Origin: a virus
IMG/VR virus record: IMGVR_UViG_3300032204_000007
Direction: 5' to 3' (one strand)
DNA: 44,269 nt
The notes beneath the pieces are model-generated. The model made no database searches, was not told the origin of the DNA, and worked only from the letters and a program-made list of their open reading frames with translations. The translations under genes and the position numbers were made by a program. This document shows, in pieces, positions 1 to 9,579 of this stretch (its first letter is position 1; every line of letters begins with the position of its first letter).

Positions 1-494
<494 letters not shown>

Positions 495-495
495 C

Positions 496-1251
496 ATGCG
501 CCCGTCAGACCAACCCGAGTTCGTGAAGCTGCTGAACCTCTGCTACTCGACGCTGCTGCGTCCGTTGCCAACGTTCGAGGCGATCGACCTATGGCAGACG
601 ATCCTGGAGCCGTATTCGATCGATCAGGTACGGCTGGCGCTGTCGGCCCACATGCGAGAGAGCAAGTTCCCGCCGATGCCGGCCGACGTGGTGTCGCGTA
701 TGCCGAAGGCCTCGGACGGTCGCCCCGAAGCCGACGAGGCCTGGGCCATCGCCATTCGCGCCGCCGACGAGCAGGAAACCGTCGTGTGGACGACCGAGAT
801 CGCCGAGGCGTGGGCAGTCGCCCAGCCCGTGTTTCACGGTGACGAAATCGGGGCCCGCATGGCGTTCAAAGCCGCATATGCCCGGATTACCGAGCAGAAC
901 CGGGGCCTCAACGTCGCACCGCAGTGGCTGGTTTCGCAGGGGCACGACAGCGCCCGCCGGCAGGAAGTTGTCGCACAGGCGGTGCGAGAAGGGCGGTTGC
1001 AGCTCACCCATGCGCAGGCCGCAGTGCCTTTGCTGGCGGGGCCTAGCGGGGAGAAGGACGAGCCCACGCCCGATGCGAAAGCGGTTGAGAACTTGGCGCG
1101 CATCCGGGAGATGCTGAAGGCGGGGAGTACCGCGAAGGAGCGCGCCCAGGCCGAACGCGAGGGCCGCGCACGTGAGGCCGCCGAGCGGGTGACGAATGTC
1201 AAGCGCGACATGGCACGCCGCGTGGCGTCGTACGGGGAGGCACGGCCATGA
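496..1251 (+). CDS. hypothetical protein of the replication module (no NTPase motif seen; possibly a helicase-loader-like partner)
   Basis: The ATG at 496 lies 1 nt after the upstream stop (492-494), inside listed ORF 358..1251. It sits directly after the initiator gene. I see no Walker A motif. Confidence 0.55.
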   Translation: MRPSDQPEFVKLLNLCYSTLLRPLPTFEAIDLWQTILEPYSIDQVRLALSAHMRESKFPPMPADVVSRMPKASDGRPEADEAWAIAIRAADEQETVVWTTEIAEAWAVAQPVFHGDEIGARMAFKAAYARITEQNRGLNVAPQWLVSQGHDSARRQEVVAQAVREGRLQLTHAQAAVPLLAGPSGEKDEPTPDAKAVENLARIREMLKAGSTAKERAQAEREGRAREAAERVTNVKRDMARRVASYGEARP

Positions 1252-1526
1252 ACTGCAAGCGCGGTGATCTCGCCTACATCGTCGTGCCGTCCGGTTTCGA
1301 CCGGCTACTGCATGGTCGCATCGTCGAAGTTGGCGTCGACGGCGAATGCCAGATCGGCACGATTCCGCCGCCTGGGCAGGCCGCATGGCTTTGCCGCTTC
1401 CCCACGCCGTGGTTCAGCGAACGCTGCGGCATCTGGGTGTCGGTGTGCTGGCTTCTCGACGGCTGGCTGCGCCCGATCAGCGGCGTGCCGGTCCACGACG
1501 AGCAACCCGACGAGGTGGCCGCATGA
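1248..1526 (+). CDS. hypothetical small phage protein
   Basis: Listed ORF with an ATGA start/stop overlap to the upstream gene, suggesting translational coupling. Confidence 0.5.
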   Translation: MNCKRGDLAYIVVPSGFDRLLHGRIVEVGVDGECQIGTIPPPGQAAWLCRFPTPWFSERCGIWVSVCWLLDGWLRPISGVPVHDEQPDEVAA

Positions 1527-1954
1527 GCGACTCCGAAGCATCCTGGGGCATGTGCGAGGCCTACGGCTGCAAGCTGCTCGGCACGGTGGGCCACGGCGGC
1601 AAGTGGTTCTGCTTCTGCCACGCCGGCAGCGAAGGCCGGCGCGACGCGATCACGGCCGCGCTCGCCCAGAACGAGTTCCTCGTCAACGCGACGCTCGACA
1701 TTCGCCGCTACTACGGCACGCCCGACTGGCAGACCGTCTATCGCGGCGTGCACAAGCTGCTGACCGAGGGCGGCCGGCCCGATCTGCTGTTCTCCGAGAC
1801 CGACAAGCGCAGCGTGCGCCGCTGGCTGGCTCGCCTCGAATCTGCGCTGTTCTCGCTGGTCTCTGAGGCCGGCAAGCAAGCGCCCATCACCCCCACTGGA
1901 ACCGTCACGGGCCCAACCAGCGCGCCTGTGCATTTTGCGGAGACCGACGCATGA
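1523..1954 (+). CDS. hypothetical protein with an N-terminal Cys/His cluster (possible zinc-binding)
   Basis: An internal ATG of ORF 1346..1954 overlaps the upstream stop (ATGA). The motif is CEAYGC...WFCFCH. Confidence 0.5.
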   Translation: MSDSEASWGMCEAYGCKLLGTVGHGGKWFCFCHAGSEGRRDAITAALAQNEFLVNATLDIRRYYGTPDWQTVYRGVHKLLTEGGRPDLLFSETDKRSVRRWLARLESALFSLVSEAGKQAPITPTGTVTGPTSAPVHFAETDA

Positions 1955-2697
1955 CATCCCACCTGGCGCCGACCGCTTGGCCATTCCCGAGCGAGCGCAA
2001 GCGCGCCGAGATGCGAGCGCTCGATGCGCAGCTTGCGGACAGCAAAGCGCAGGTTTCTGCGTCTTCCTGTCCGGACACCAAGCAGGCCATTCCGCCGTTT
2101 CCCTTCGCCGCTGAGTGCGACGCCTGGAAGCGCAAGCAGGCCGAGAAGGCCCGCGTAAAGCAGGTCGAAAAACCGGAAGTCGCGCCCGCAGAACTGGGTA
2201 CGCCCCAGGCCGCAAAGCCAGCACTGACGCCGGTCAACATCAACATCCTGGCGCTCGACCTGGCCACGCAGTCGGGCTGGGCAGTGATGACGCGCGACGG
2301 CACGTTCCGCAGTGGTTCGGTGCGTTTCGATTCGAACCGCCTTGGCGGAAAAGGGTATCGCTGGCTGGCCTTCCGCAAGTGGCTGATGGACACGGCGAAC
2401 GAGTGCGGCGGCATCCAGGCCGTGTACTACGAGGACGTGAAACAGCCCTTCGCATCGAACCTTGCGGCGCGGGCGTACTGCGGCTTTCTGGCCATCGTCG
2501 AAGCCTGGGCGGCGATCAACAACATCCCGATGCACGGCGTGGGCGTGGGCACCGTGAAGAAGGCGTGGACAGGGAAGGGCAACGCCAAGAAACCCGAGAT
2601 GATCGCGGCAGCGCGTCAGCGCGGCATCAAGGTCGTCGACGACAACGAGGCCGACGCCGTAGCCATTCTGTCGCTGGCGCTGCAACAGGAGGCCTGA
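1951..2697 (+). CDS. RuvC-like Holliday junction resolvase with an N-terminal extension
   Basis: The sequence LALDLATQSGWAV ... YYEDV ... DDNEADAVAIL fits the RuvC/RNase H-fold acidic catalytic motifs. ATGA coupling to the upstream gene. Confidence 0.75.
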   Translation: MTSHLAPTAWPFPSERKRAEMRALDAQLADSKAQVSASSCPDTKQAIPPFPFAAECDAWKRKQAEKARVKQVEKPEVAPAELGTPQAAKPALTPVNINILALDLATQSGWAVMTRDGTFRSGSVRFDSNRLGGKGYRWLAFRKWLMDTANECGGIQAVYYEDVKQPFASNLAARAYCGFLAIVEAWAAINNIPMHGVGVGTVKKAWTGKGNAKKPEMIAAARQRGIKVVDDNEADAVAILSLALQQEA

Positions 2698-2698
2698 C

Positions 2699-2911
2699 AT
2701 GCGCAACGAAATCACGATCTGGGGCAATTACCGCCTCATCACCTTTCACACCCGCGTCGCCTGGTGGGTCGCGCCGTACCTCAAGGCCGTGCGCTTCGTT
2801 GCGCTGGCCACCGGCGTGAATCCCGACGTTCGCAAGGTGACGCGCCGAGTTATGCGCGGCATCCGGGATGAGACCTGGGCCGAGACGAAGCGGCGGACGT
2901 TGCGCCGCTGA
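2699..2911 (+). CDS. hypothetical small protein
   Basis: Listed 70-aa ORF starting 1 nt after the upstream stop. It is the last gene before the packaging module. Confidence 0.4.
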   Translation: MRNEITIWGNYRLITFHTRVAWWVAPYLKAVRFVALATGVNPDVRKVTRRVMRGIRDETWAETKRRTLRR

Positions 2912-2997
2912 CCGAGCACCACGCTACGCAGATGCGCACTCTGCCGCTGGCTCCTGCGACACGGGCAACAACCGTAAGAACGGCAAAGGAAACGGAA

Positions 2998-3426
2998 ATG
3001 AGCAACGAAGCAACGCGATTCTCGGCTGACCGCCAACCCACGCGCCGCCGCGGCAAGGATCAGCGCACGAAGATCCTCGAAGCGATCAAGGAGCAGACCA
3101 AGCTCAACGAGAAGGGCTTCTACAAGAAGGTCGCCGAGCGCGCGCTGACCGATGGCGACACGTTGATGATGAAGGAACTGCTCACCCGCGTCGCTCCGGC
3201 CGCAAAGCCCGTCGCACCGTCGGTGCAGTTCGACTTTCCGGAAAACGGAACGCCTGTCGAGCAAGTCGATGCAGTGCTGCGCGCGGTTGCCGCCGGCAAG
3301 GTCTCGCCCGACGTCGGCCAGCAGCTCGTCGCAATCATTCGCGGCAAGCTGGACGTGCTCGAGCTGAGCGAGTTGGCCGACCGCCTGGCAGCCGTCGAGA
3401 AGGCTCTCGAAGCGCAGGGCAAATGA
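2998..3426 (+). CDS. terminase small subunit (DUF5681-like)
   Basis: An internal ATG of ORF 2932..3426 is preceded by aaaggaaacggaa. The N-terminus is basic (RRRGKDQRTK). The stop overlaps the terL start (ATGA). Confidence 0.6.
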   Translation: MSNEATRFSADRQPTRRRGKDQRTKILEAIKEQTKLNEKGFYKKVAERALTDGDTLMMKELLTRVAPAAKPVAPSVQFDFPENGTPVEQVDAVLRAVAAGKVSPDVGQQLVAIIRGKLDVLELSELADRLAAVEKALEAQGK

Positions 3427-4889
3427 GTCGACGGCGGCTGTCGCATGCGTCCATCTCCCGGGTCGAACGCTACTTCTCAGGCGTCTCGACCGATGAACGC
3501 CCGGCCGTGTTCGGCATCGTGGACATGGCCGGGGCCGTCATCAAACGCCTCACGGTCGACGGGCAGGAGACAGACGCCGAGCCGACCGTCCTGATCGCCC
3601 AGAAGCTCGAACGGCTCATCTACCCCAAGCGGTACAAGATCGTCTACGGTGGGCGCGGCTCGATGAAGACGCGCACTATCGTCTCCATCCTCACGGCCAG
3701 GTCGCAGGCCGCCAGGCGCCGCGTGCTGTGCCTCCGCGAAATCCAGAACTCGATTGAGGAATCCAGCTATCAGGAGATCGCCGAGGAGATCGACCGGCGC
3801 GAGCTGGGCGACTCGTTCCGCCAGCTCAAGAAGACCATCCGTGTACCGGCCAACGGCAGCAGCTTTTCGTTCCGTGGCTTGTTCCGCAACCAGCGGGCGC
3901 TCAAGGGCTTCACCAACGCCACCGACGCATGGATTGACGAGGCCGAGAACATCTCGCGCGACTCCTACTCCATCCTGGCGCCGACCATGCGGGCCCCCGG
4001 CTCCGAAATCTGGATCTCGTTCAACCCGAACCGCGAGAGCGATCCGACCTGGGCCGATTACGTGGCGCCGTACGTCGACAAGATGGTCGACGGGATCTAC
4101 GAGGATGACGAGACGCTCATCATCTGCTGCAACTGGTCGGATAACCCATGGTTCCCGGAAGAATTGGAGTTGGAGCGCCAGCGCATGCTGCGCACAGACA
4201 CCGACCGTTATAACTGGATTTGGGAAGGAAAATTCAATAAACGGTCAGATGAATTGATCTTTTCCGGTAAATGGCGAGTTGAGGATTTTGAAACGCCGGC
4301 CAATGCCCGTTTCTTTTTCGGTGCCGACTGGGGATTTGCGCAAGACCCGACAACACTCAATCGGAGTTTCGTCAAAGGCAATACGCTTTACGTCGACCAT
4401 GAGGCCAACGGCAAGAAGGTCGACCTCGACGAAATCTGGAAGCTCTTCGCCGGCAAGGAGGGCATGCGGCCCGAGCAGGTGCGCCAGTGGCGCGCGGCGG
4501 ATGACCGCAAGTATCCGGGCGTTCCAGGCGCCAGGCGCTGGAAGATCAAGGCAGATTGCGCGCGGCCGGAGACGATCAGCCTCGTCGCCAAGCAGGGGTT
4601 CAACATCGACGCGGCGAAGAAGTGGGGCGGCTCAGTCGAGGATGGCATCACCTTCCTGCGCGGCTTTGACGAGATCGTCATTCACCCCCGTTGCGTGCAC
4701 ACCATTGAGGAATTCTCGAATTACTCATACAAGGTCGATAAAACAACAGGCGACGTTCTGCCTATAATCGTCGACGCATGGAATCACCACATTGACGGAA
4801 TTCGCTATTCGATGGATGGCTATATCCGTGGGCGTGGGAATGGCCTGAATATTTCGGAAGACGCTTTGCGTGCCGTAATGGGGTCTTAA
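3423..4889 (+). CDS. terminase large subunit
   Basis: Walker A-like GGRGSMKT and Walker B-like AWIDEAE are present. The C-terminal nuclease-like region (GADWGF..., DAWNHHIDGIRY) and the size are typical of terL. Confidence 0.9.
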   Translation: MSRRRLSHASISRVERYFSGVSTDERPAVFGIVDMAGAVIKRLTVDGQETDAEPTVLIAQKLERLIYPKRYKIVYGGRGSMKTRTIVSILTARSQAARRRVLCLREIQNSIEESSYQEIAEEIDRRELGDSFRQLKKTIRVPANGSSFSFRGLFRNQRALKGFTNATDAWIDEAENISRDSYSILAPTMRAPGSEIWISFNPNRESDPTWADYVAPYVDKMVDGIYEDDETLIICCNWSDNPWFPEELELERQRMLRTDTDRYNWIWEGKFNKRSDELIFSGKWRVEDFETPANARFFFGADWGFAQDPTTLNRSFVKGNTLYVDHEANGKKVDLDEIWKLFAGKEGMRPEQVRQWRAADDRKYPGVPGARRWKIKADCARPETISLVAKQGFNIDAAKKWGGSVEDGITFLRGFDEIVIHPRCVHTIEEFSNYSYKVDKTTGDVLPIIVDAWNHHIDGIRYSMDGYIRGRGNGLNISEDALRAVMGS

Positions 4890-4933
4890 ATTCCATTTTT
4901 GCGTGATTTAACCCACTTAACGGAGTTTCAGAA

Positions 4934-5419
4934 ATGCGCACCAGCTCGCTACTCGCGGCCATCCTTGGCCTGTCCCTCGTCTCGTTCCGCATGGCTGACG
5001 ACGCACCGTCGGCTGATCCAGCCGATGCCCAGGTGCCCGCCGACACCGAACCGACCACCGATGCCAGCGCTGAAGCCGCCGCTGCGCCGGTGGAATCGGG
5101 GGAAGCCGTGGCCGCTGCCTCCAGTGCGGCCGACACCCCCGCAAGCGACACTGCCTCGTCTGCGCCGACTGCCTCGACCGACGTCGGCACCGTGGCCGTC
5201 GCTGAGCCGGCCCCGCCGGTGGTGCTCGACGTGGAAGACCACGCCGAGGCGCGCGACCGCTTCGCCGGCCTGATGGCCAAGCTGCATGCCTTCGAGCACG
5301 AGGCTGTCGAAGATCTGAAGGCCGACCTGCACGCCATCGGCCTGCTGCTGCACCTGCATTCGGTCGCCTCCACAGCAGCCGATGCCACCGGCGATTACAA
5401 GCCGGAAGACCTGTCGTAA
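4934..5419 (+). CDS. acidic Ala/Thr/Pro-rich protein with an N-terminal hydrophobic (signal-like) segment
   Basis: Listed ORF with RBS acggag. The N-terminus is MRTSSLLAAILGLSLVSF, followed by a low-complexity acidic region. Confidence 0.5.
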   Translation: MRTSSLLAAILGLSLVSFRMADDAPSADPADAQVPADTEPTTDASAEAAAAPVESGEAVAAASSAADTPASDTASSAPTASTDVGTVAVAEPAPPVVLDVEDHAEARDRFAGLMAKLHAFEHEAVEDLKADLHAIGLLLHLHSVASTAADATGDYKPEDLS

Positions 5420-5436
5420 CCCACCCCCGGCACGCC

Positions 5437-7059
5437 ATGCTCGAAAAACTCCGTTCTATTCTCGGCGGCGTGCCGCTTGTTTCCCCCGGTGCTGGCCGAG
5501 CCAGCGCAACGCCAACCCCGCGCACCGAACCGCACTGGCCGGCCGTCACCGGCCCGCAGCGCAGCGGCCTGAAGATCAGCCCGACTGTGATCGATGCCCT
5601 GGTGGCGCAGGATGCTGCCGCCGGCGAGGCGGTGGACTGGGCGGCCAAGTTCAAGCCGCCCATCGTCGCGCCTGGCACCGTGCCTGCGGCTGGCGGCGGT
5701 GCGCCCGAAGTTGCGATGGACTCGGTGTGCGACAACCTGGCCACAACGCTCGGAGCCTGCGGCGGCTTCAACCAGCTCAGCGGTGTCGACTTCATCGGCT
5801 ATGCCGCGCTGTCGCTGCTGTCCCAGCATCCCCTGATCCGGGCCATGATCGAGACGCTCGCGGACGAGATGACCCGCAAGTGGATCGAGTTCGGAGGCCA
5901 GGGCAGCGAAGAGTCGGACGCCAAGCGCGTGAAGGCGCTGCAGGCGGCCACCGAGAAATACCGCCTTAAGGCCTACTTCAACACGGCGATGAAGAAGACC
6001 GGCTACTTCGGCGGCTGCATGCTCTTCATCGACATGGGCGACGATACGCGCTCGCCCGCCGGCATGGCCGAAGTGCAAACGCCCCTGACGATCGATTCCG
6101 CGAAGATCGGCAGGGGATCGTTCAAGGGCTTCCGCGTCATCGAGCCGATCAACTGCTATCCGGCGCCGTACAACGCCGACAATCCGCTCGCGCCGGACTA
6201 CTATCGGCCGACCGGCTGGCTCGTCCAAGGGCGCCGGGTGCATGCCTCCCGCATGCTGCACTTCGTGCAGAACGAGCCGCCCATCCTGCTGAAGCCGGCC
6301 TACAACTTTTTCGGCATCCCGCTCGCGCAGATGGCGCTAGACTACGTCGACCGGTTCGACACGGTGCGCATCTCGGTGGCCAAGCTCGTCAAGCGCTTCA
6401 GCACGTCGGTCCTGAAGACCGACATGAGCCAGTTGCTGAACAATGGCAGCTACGAGGATGCCGCGTCGCTCAAGGCGCGCGCACTGATGTGGAGCCTGCT
6501 GGGCTCGAATGATGGCCTCATGGCGCTGGACAAGGAAGCCGAGGATTTCGTCCAGGTGAACACGCCGCTGAGTGGCCTCGCCGACATCGTGTCGCAGCAG
6601 CTCGAACTGCTGGCCGCAATAAGCCGCACGCCGGCCGTCAAGCTGCTGGGCATCTCGCCCAAAGGCTTCAACTCGACCGGCGAGTATGACGAGGCGAACT
6701 GGTACGACCACGTGGCCAGCCAGCAGTCGATCGTGTTTGCCGACAACCTCGATCGCGCGATCAAGATCATCCAGCTCAGCGAGACCGGTCAGATCGATGC
6801 CGACCTCACGCACAAGTTCGTGCCACTGCACGAGCAGTCGGAGACCGAGAAGGCTACCAACCGCAAGGCCAACGCCGACACCTTCGCCGTCTACTATGAC
6901 CGCGGCGTGCTGAGCGCCGAAGAAGAGCGCACGCGCCTGGCGTCCGATCCGGATAGCGGCTACGACTCGATCGACGTCGATGACCTGCCCGAGCAGCCCA
7001 GCGGTGGCGTCATCGGCGAAGGCCCCGACGACGAAGACGGCCGCACAGGAGCAGTCTGA
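5437..7059 (+). CDS. portal protein (DUF1073-type)
   Basis: 540 aa, positioned after terL. The acidic C-terminus and overall pattern match DUF1073 portal proteins as I recall them. Confidence 0.8.
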   Translation: MLEKLRSILGGVPLVSPGAGRASATPTPRTEPHWPAVTGPQRSGLKISPTVIDALVAQDAAAGEAVDWAAKFKPPIVAPGTVPAAGGGAPEVAMDSVCDNLATTLGACGGFNQLSGVDFIGYAALSLLSQHPLIRAMIETLADEMTRKWIEFGGQGSEESDAKRVKALQAATEKYRLKAYFNTAMKKTGYFGGCMLFIDMGDDTRSPAGMAEVQTPLTIDSAKIGRGSFKGFRVIEPINCYPAPYNADNPLAPDYYRPTGWLVQGRRVHASRMLHFVQNEPPILLKPAYNFFGIPLAQMALDYVDRFDTVRISVAKLVKRFSTSVLKTDMSQLLNNGSYEDAASLKARALMWSLLGSNDGLMALDKEAEDFVQVNTPLSGLADIVSQQLELLAAISRTPAVKLLGISPKGFNSTGEYDEANWYDHVASQQSIVFADNLDRAIKIIQLSETGQIDADLTHKFVPLHEQSETEKATNRKANADTFAVYYDRGVLSAEEERTRLASDPDSGYDSIDVDDLPEQPSGGVIGEGPDDEDGRTGAV

Positions 7060-7871
7060 TGCCGGCGCGCGCACCGAAGGCGCGCGGCGAGATGCGCCCG
7101 GCGCGGCCCAGCGCCACCGCGCGGATCAGCTACCAACGCGCCATGGAGCGGCTCATCGATGAGATGCACCGCTCGACCCTTTACTGGCTGACGGCGACGT
7201 ATCGGAAGCGCGAAGGCGAGATCGCCGTCGACGCCAGCCCGGCCCGCGCGCTGGCCGATGAGCTGCGCAAGCGTGCCACCCAGTGGCGCAAGATGTTCGC
7301 CGACAAGGCGCCCGACCTGGCGGAATACTTCATCGGCAAGGTGGACCGGCACGCCATGAACGCTGTGCGGCAGTCCGTCGTGGCCGCCACCGGCCTGTCC
7401 GTCACCGTGAAAGACACGCTGCTCACGAACACCGTGATGCAGGCGACCGTGCAGGAAAACGTCTCGCTCATCAAGTCGATCCAGTCGGAATACGCCAGCG
7501 AGGTGGAAGGCCTGGTGATGCGCAGCGTGGCCGCCGGCCGCGACCTCAAGACGCTCACCGACGAGCTGGAGGAGCGTTACGACATCACGCGCCGCCGCGC
7601 CAAGCTGATCGCCAATGACCAGAACAACAAGGCCACCGCGCAGATGGCGCGCGCCCGGCAGCTCTCGATGGGCGTCACGAAGGCCCGATGGATGCACACC
7701 GGCGGCGGCAAGACGCCGCGACAGTCGCACGTGCATGCCAATGGCAAGGTTTTTGATCTGGCAAAGGGCCTTTATATCGACGGGAAATGGACTTTTCCCG
7801 GCGAAGAGATAAATTGCGGATGTGTGACCGCGCCAATCATTCCCGGTGTTGATGATGAAGAAGATGAATAA
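7059..7871 (+). CDS. head morphogenesis protein (Mu F / SPP1 gp7-like)
   Basis: The C-terminal motif HTGGGKTPRQSHVHANGKVF...EINCGC is typical of the Mu F family. The start overlaps the portal stop. Confidence 0.8.
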   Translation: MPARAPKARGEMRPARPSATARISYQRAMERLIDEMHRSTLYWLTATYRKREGEIAVDASPARALADELRKRATQWRKMFADKAPDLAEYFIGKVDRHAMNAVRQSVVAATGLSVTVKDTLLTNTVMQATVQENVSLIKSIQSEYASEVEGLVMRSVAAGRDLKTLTDELEERYDITRRRAKLIANDQNNKATAQMARARQLSMGVTKARWMHTGGGKTPRQSHVHANGKVFDLAKGLYIDGKWTFPGEEINCGCVTAPIIPGVDDEEDE

Positions 7872-9090
7872 ATCCGAGGTAATTCTCGCTTTTGATAAAG
7901 AAACGGTGCGGAGTTTCGACAAAGACGGTCGCATGAAAGTGGCCGTAAGTCGAATCTCCAAAGCGGACGTGAACCCATATTGGGGGCGTGAGATCGTCGG
8001 CGGAGAGGAACTCGGCCTCGACCCGGATCATGTCTACAACGTCTTCCGGCCGCCCGAGGAGCTGCGCCGCGCCGCATCCACATTCAACAAGCTGCCCATT
8101 CTCGCCATTCACAAACACGTCAGTGCAAAAGACCCGAAAAAAGAACTGATTATCGGAACTACCGGCTCTAATTCTGCATTTGACGGTGAGTATTTAACAA
8201 ACGATTTGGCATTCTGGGATGCCGAATTCATCGGAAAAATTGAGTCGGACGAACAACGAGAATTGAGCAGTTCTTATCGTTACGTTCCCGTTTTGGAAAA
8301 TGGCTCATATAATTCCCAGCCATACGAAATAAAGATGACGCAGATTGAGGGCAATCACGTCGCTTTGGTCGTAGAGGGCCGCGCCGGTCCAGATGTGCTG
8401 GTCGCCGACTCCCAAATCCAACCCCCTGGAAAGGTACGAACCGTGAAACTGAACCCCAAGCAACTGGCCGCGCTGAAGAAGCGCATGCCGCAGCTCAAGG
8501 TGGCGATGGACGAGGGCCTCGACACCGAAGCCGCCGAACAGGCGCTGGAAGAGGCTCTCGAAGAAGTGCAGGCACTCGGCGGTGAGCCGACGCAGGCGCA
8601 AGACAACGGCAATGCCGAACTCGTTGGTCTGGTCAAGCAACTGCTGGCCAAGCTCGAAGGCGGTACCGCCAACGACGAAGACGACGAGGAAGCCAAGCGC
8701 AAGGCCGCCCAGGACGAAGAGAACCGCGCCGAGGAAGCCCGCAAGGCTGACCAGGCGAAGAACGCTTCGGCCATGGACGCCAAGATCAAGAGCGCTACCG
8801 ACGAGGTGCGCACGTCGATCGAGGGACGCTTTCGCGCCGCGCAGAAGGTCGAGCCGATCACCGGCCGCATCGATGCGATGGCGTTCGACTCCGCCGAATC
8901 GATCTACTCGCATGCGCTGAAGGTCGGCGGCATGGATCCCGAGAAGCACGACAAGGTGGCCTACGCCGGCATCGTCGACGTGCTTCTGGCCAGCCGCGCG
9001 AACGCGCCCGTGCATACCGCCAACGACGAGAAGAACGGGGCCGAGCTGCAGCAGCGCTTCCCGGGTCTCGCCAAGATCAACCACGCGTAA
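7846..9090 (+). CDS. DUF2213-like scaffolding / prohead protein
   Basis: The N-terminal domain (RISKADVNPYWGREI...LPILAIHKH) is followed by a long acidic coiled coil (EEALEE..., DEDDEE). An alternative start is ATG 7864. Confidence 0.7.
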   Translation: MLMMKKMNKSEVILAFDKETVRSFDKDGRMKVAVSRISKADVNPYWGREIVGGEELGLDPDHVYNVFRPPEELRRAASTFNKLPILAIHKHVSAKDPKKELIIGTTGSNSAFDGEYLTNDLAFWDAEFIGKIESDEQRELSSSYRYVPVLENGSYNSQPYEIKMTQIEGNHVALVVEGRAGPDVLVADSQIQPPGKVRTVKLNPKQLAALKKRMPQLKVAMDEGLDTEAAEQALEEALEEVQALGGEPTQAQDNGNAELVGLVKQLLAKLEGGTANDEDDEEAKRKAAQDEENRAEEARKADQAKNASAMDAKIKSATDEVRTSIEGRFRAAQKVEPITGRIDAMAFDSAESIYSHALKVGGMDPEKHDKVAYAGIVDVLLASRANAPVHTANDEKNGAELQQRFPGLAKINHA

Positions 9091-9102
9091 GGACCGAACA
9101 CC

Positions 9103-9579
9103 ATGGGCTTCCCGAACGCAGTACGTCTTCAGCCCGAGGTTGGCGTGCCGGGCACGCGCGCCTCGATGAACCCGATCTCGGTCATCTCGCGCGTTGCGCA
9201 GACCCCCGTGAACGTCGCCGCCTTCGTGTGGCCGGGTACGGACACCGACAACCAGGTGCAGAACACCGGCAGCGGTAAGCCGCTGGGCTTGGCCATCACC
9301 GATCAGATCGGCGTGATCCCGAACTACCTGCAGGAGTACAGCATGCAGGTGCCAGCGGGCTTTCCGGTACAGATCGCCGAGCGCGGCGAGTTCTTCGCCA
9401 AGTCGGCGAACGCGGCCACCCTCGGCCAGAAGGTCTTCGCGACCCTCGCCGACGGCACGCTGCAGTTCGGCGCTGCCGGCGCGACGATTGCGGGCGCCAT
9501 CGAAACGGCGTTCGTCGTCACCCGCGGCGGCGCGGCCAACGCTGTCATCAAGATTTCGACCTGGAGCCAACTGGCATGA
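9103..9579 (+). CDS. putative head decoration/cement protein
   Basis: The call rests mainly on position between the scaffold and major capsid genes, and on ATGA coupling to the capsid gene. Confidence 0.4.
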   Translation: MGFPNAVRLQPEVGVPGTRASMNPISVISRVAQTPVNVAAFVWPGTDTDNQVQNTGSGKPLGLAITDQIGVIPNYLQEYSMQVPAGFPVQIAERGEFFAKSANAATLGQKVFATLADGTLQFGAAGATIAGAIETAFVVTRGGAANAVIKISTWSQLA

